Positions 59,404 to 64,000 of a stretch of 64,000 nucleotides of DNA are shown piece by piece (within the stretch, counting starts at the first letter, position 1; every line of letters starts with the position of its first letter). The position numbers and the translations under genes were made by a program. The notes beneath the pieces were generated by a model. It had not been told where the DNA came from and did no database searches. It saw only the letters and a program-made list of their open reading frames with translations. This DNA comes from Azospirillum sp. Its GTDB lineage: Bacteria; Pseudomonadota; Alphaproteobacteria; Azospirillales; Azospirillaceae. The stretch covers positions 788 through 64,787 of the forward strand of contig JAVBJZ010000007.1 in the NCBI GenBank assembly GCA_031546725.1, in the 5' to 3' direction.

Positions 59404-60450
59404 TTGGATGCGCCGCCCGTGGACTTTAGCCCGATCGTGCTCGCCGCCGCCCTCGCCATCGAGGCCACCGTCGGATACCCGCCTGTGCTTTATGCGCGGG
59501 TGCGCCACCCCGTGGTGTGGGTTGGCGCCCTCATAGCCCGCTTGGACCGGATGCTCAACCACAACGACGCCCCGGCGTGGCGGCGGCGGTTGGCCGGGGT
59601 GCTGGCGCTGGGCGTGCTGCTGGGCGTGGTGGGGGCCGCCGCCTCGCTGGTCGCCGGGATCTGCCGGACTCTGCCGCTGGGCTGGGTGTGGGAAGGGGCC
59701 TTGGCCTCCACCTTGTTGGCGCAACGCAGCCTGTCCGAGCATGTCATGGCCGTGGCCACAGCCTTGCGCACCGGCGGGCTGGCGGCCGGGCGCAGAGCGG
59801 TGGGACGCATCGTCGGGCGCGATCCCGCCACGCTCGATGAACCCGCCGTCGCCCGGGCCGCCATCGAGAGCCTGGCGGAGAACTTCTCCGACGGCGTGGT
59901 GGCGCCGGCTTTCTGGCTGCTGATCGGTGGGCTGCCGGGAATAGCCGTGTACAAGGCCATCAACACCGCCGACAGCATGATCGGCCACCGCACGCCACGG
60001 CACGAAGCCTTCGGCTGGGCCGCGGCCCGCCTTGACGATCTGGTGAACCTGCCCGGCTCGCGCCTTGCCGCCGCGCTGCTCATCGCCGCGGCGGCCATCG
60101 GCGGCGGCGCCTTGCCGAAACAGGCCTGGGCCAGCGTGCGCAAGGACGCGGCGCATCACCGCTCCCCCAACGCCGGCTGGCCGGAAGCGGCGATGGCCGG
60201 CGCCCTGGATCTGCGGCTTGGCGGTCCCCGCACCTATGGCGGCGTCCGCATCATGGATTCCTGGCTTGGCTCCGGCCGCACCGCCGCAACGCCGCACGAC
60301 ATCGACAGAGCGTTGAGGCTGTATCGCCGGGCGTGCCTGATTCTGATGGGAGCGGCGGCGGCGCTAGCCGTGGTCCTGGTCGGGGTGGCGATGCTGCTGC
60401 CCGTGCTTGTGCTGGGAGCCATCGTCCTGCTCGCCGTGAAGCGTGGTTAA
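59404..60450 (+). CDS. cbiB: adenosylcobinamide-phosphate synthase
   Basis: HPVVWVG, IVGRD, AIESLAENFSDGVVAP, YKAINTADSMIGH, SPNAGWPEAAMA. Start approximately 59404-59419. Confidence 0.92.
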   Translation: MDAPPVDFSPIVLAAALAIEATVGYPPVLYARVRHPVVWVGALIARLDRMLNHNDAPAWRRRLAGVLALGVLLGVVGAAASLVAGICRTLPLGWVWEGALASTLLAQRSLSEHVMAVATALRTGGLAAGRRAVGRIVGRDPATLDEPAVARAAIESLAENFSDGVVAPAFWLLIGGLPGIAVYKAINTADSMIGHRTPRHEAFGWAAARLDDLVNLPGSRLAAALLIAAAAIGGGALPKQAWASVRKDAAHHRSPNAGWPEAAMAGALDLRLGGPRTYGGVRIMDSWLGSGRTAATPHDIDRALRLYRRACLILMGAAAALAVVLVGVAMLLPVLVLGAIVLLAVKRG

Positions 60451-60471
60451 GGCGGACGGGAAAGGTTGAGT

Positions 60472-60600
60472 CTACTTGCTGGCCGCGCGCTCAATGGCCG
60501 AGCCGCTCGCCTTGATGTCCTGCCCAATGCCCTGAACCGTGTTGCACCCCGCAAGCAGAGCCGCCGCCATCGATACGACAAGCACAAGAATGGTCTTCAT
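60472..60600 (-). CDS. entericidin A/B family lipoprotein
   Basis: MKTILVLVVSMAAALLAG-CNTVQGIGQDIKASGSAIERAA; AGGAG RBS. Confidence 0.9.
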   Translation of the reverse strand: MKTILVLVVSMAAALLAGCNTVQGIGQDIKASGSAIERAASK

Positions 60601-60711
60601 GAATACCTCTCCTGAACAACGGCATGGCGCCGCTCTCGCTTCCTGGCATGAGGGCTGCGCCAAAGAAAGTCAAGGCAGGGGTGCGGAAAGTCGAGCCGGA
60701 CGTCCTACAGC

Positions 60712-61995
60712 TCAACAGCGGTCGATCCGCCACAGGCGGCAGGAAATAACCAGCGCGATGGCCAGCAGGACGCTGTTGAAGCCCGCCACCATGGGCCAGC
60801 CGCCTTCCGCCCAGAACCAGCCGCCGGCTGATCCCATCGTGCTTGAGCCCAGATAATAGGCCAGCAGATAGAGCGACGAGGCATAGCCCTTATTCCCCAC
60901 GGCCATCAGCCCGACCCAGCCGCTGGCGACGGAATGGGCGATGAAGAAGCCGATGGTCACGGCGACCACCCCGCCGATCACCCCGGCCAGCGAGGGGAGC
61001 AGCGATAGAAGCATCCCAGCCACCATGATGAGGACACCAGCCACCAGGACCGAGCCGCGCCCGAATCGATCCGCCATCCAGCCCGCCACCGAGGACGACA
61101 CGACACCGAACAGCAACACCGTGAAGATCGCGCTGATCTGCGCGTGGCTGAAGTTATACGGCGCCGCGACCAGCCGGAACGTCATGTAGTTGAACGTGCT
61201 CACGAAGACGCCGAGGCCAAGGAATCCCATCACGAACAGCAGCGGAAGGCCAGGACTGCGCACATGCTTGAGCCAGGCGTCGCAATGATGCGCCAAGGCG
61301 GCCCTTGGTTTTCGGACAAAATTCCGCGACGCCGGCAAAAGCAGAAAGAAGCCGAGCGCCGAGATAAGGTCAATCAGGCCGAGCGTCCCCAGCGCAACGC
61401 GCCAGGATGTGAACTCGGTCAACACGCCGATCCCAACCCGGCCCAGCATGGCGCCAAGCCCTGTCCCGCCAACGTAAAGCCCCATGGCGGAACCCAGCGC
61501 CCTGGGATGGATTTCCTCGGCGAGATAGGCCATGGCCACCGCCGGCACCCCACCGAGCACGAACCCCTCCAGCGCGCGCAAGACCAGCATCATATGCCAG
61601 TCTGGGGTGATCGCGCAGCCCAGGTGGAGAAGGGCCGCGCCCGCCATCGAGATGAACATCAGCCCCCGGCGACCGACCGACTCGGAAAGAGCGCCGGCGC
61701 ACAGGATGGCGAACGCAAGGAAGCCCGTCGTTACGGACAGGACCAGCGAACTTTCGGAAGGGCTGAGATGGAATTCAGCCGCCAGGTTCGGCAGCAGGGG
61801 TTGCACGGCGTAAATCAGCGAAAAGCTTGAAAATCCCGCCAGGAAAAGCGCCAGGCTGGTCCGCCGGAAAGCCGCCGTCCCAGGTTCCGTCCATAGGGCG
61901 GCTGGCGGGGGTGGCGGCGCAGGGGGTATATCATCGTGCGGCGGTTGCGGATCTGGCCGCAAGAGGGTCGGGGTGGAAGGGGATCCGGGGCTCAC
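60712..61995 (-). CDS. MFS transporter (YnfM-like)
   Basis: FSLIYAVQPLLP, SESVGRR, AVAMAYLAEE, ADRFGR; 12-TM pattern. Confidence 0.92.
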   Translation of the reverse strand: MSPGSPSTPTLLRPDPQPPHDDIPPAPPPPPAALWTEPGTAAFRRTSLALFLAGFSSFSLIYAVQPLLPNLAAEFHLSPSESSLVLSVTTGFLAFAILCAGALSESVGRRGLMFISMAGAALLHLGCAITPDWHMMLVLRALEGFVLGGVPAVAMAYLAEEIHPRALGSAMGLYVGGTGLGAMLGRVGIGVLTEFTSWRVALGTLGLIDLISALGFFLLLPASRNFVRKPRAALAHHCDAWLKHVRSPGLPLLFVMGFLGLGVFVSTFNYMTFRLVAAPYNFSHAQISAIFTVLLFGVVSSSVAGWMADRFGRGSVLVAGVLIMVAGMLLSLLPSLAGVIGGVVAVTIGFFIAHSVASGWVGLMAVGNKGYASSLYLLAYYLGSSTMGSAGGWFWAEGGWPMVAGFNSVLLAIALVISCRLWRIDRC

Positions 61996-62329
61996 ATCGG
62001 GCCTTTTCTTTTATGAACGGCCAGACTGTAGCGGAGACTGCGTTATCGCAGGCCAGCAATTTTTATGGAACAGATGTGTGATCTTTTATGTCAGGCATGA
62101 AGATCATAGAGGGAATGGGCTTCAATCCACGTCTCAACTCCTTATCACCACCGCCATACAGAGAGTCTACGCACAGCCTGTGGTCGCACACGATGCCCGC
62201 AATCTTTCCATGGGAATTTATTTGTGGCTCTGCTTACAAATTTTTAATCTCTGGCTTATAAAAATATTCATGATAGACTAAATGTATACAATGTGACATC
62301 TGTACATATTCATCCGAAAGGGAATTCCC

Positions 62330-63823
<1,494 letters not shown>

Positions 63824-64000
63824 AGCCGGCGCCCAAGCGCGGTCCAAGCCCGCTCCGTCGGGCCCTGCTCCGCCGGTTGAGCGGGCGTTCTCTGTGGAGT
63901 GTGACGGATGCGCGCAAGCACGCCGAACGAGCAGACCAGGTTTGCATCGACGTTAATATACTAGTATGTAGTTCCCGTACAGAATGGGTGCTGAACGGCG

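Noticed and set aside
59371-59420. Cobalamin riboswitch at cobD/cbiB
   Set aside because: The intergenic space is far too short and no B12-box was seen.
60472-60600. EcnA/EcnB toxin-antitoxin pair
   Set aside because: Only one entericidin gene is present.
62101-62329. c-di-GMP riboswitch in the chemoreceptor leader
   Set aside because: No GEMM-type conserved core recognised.

Overview
This is a GC-rich alphaproteobacterial chromosomal window (Rhodospirillales; probably Azospirillum-like, judged from gene content). I found no rRNA, tRNA, CRISPR array, transposase or integrase. Housekeeping genes include tex, nagA, otsB, moeA, pabB/pabC, yfgM-bamB-der, cobD and cbiB. The top candidate system is 49.1-58.35 kb. 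A consensus sigma54 promoter with upstream palindromic sites precedes a small secreted protein and a secreted (Gly-Met-X)25 peptide. After a terminator come a pentaheme cytochrome c, a Tat-exported Ser-ligated DmsA-clade molybdoenzyme (one FS0 Cys replaced by His), a DmsB-like ferredoxin and a TorD/DmsD chaperone, with no DmsC anchor. A sensor kinase with two periplasmic CxxCH motifs and a sigma54 activator follow. My inference is a periplasmic oxidant-scavenging and methionine-sulfoxide recycling system, analogous to but distinct from MrpX/YedY(MsrP). Other notable items: a LexA-box-preceded operon with a phage-type Rad52-like annealing protein; a 1168-aa LTxxQI repeat protein with an AT-rich internal cassette; an orphan type I secretion module with a Sel1 protein; a Ni-free Ehr (Hyf-like) complex; a suhB/MmgR-like sRNA; three orphan LuxR regulators; an unannotated 32-aa membrane peptide; and five separate 15-bp-period tandem duplications. 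All family assignments come from motifs read by eye and recalled knowledge; no searches were run.
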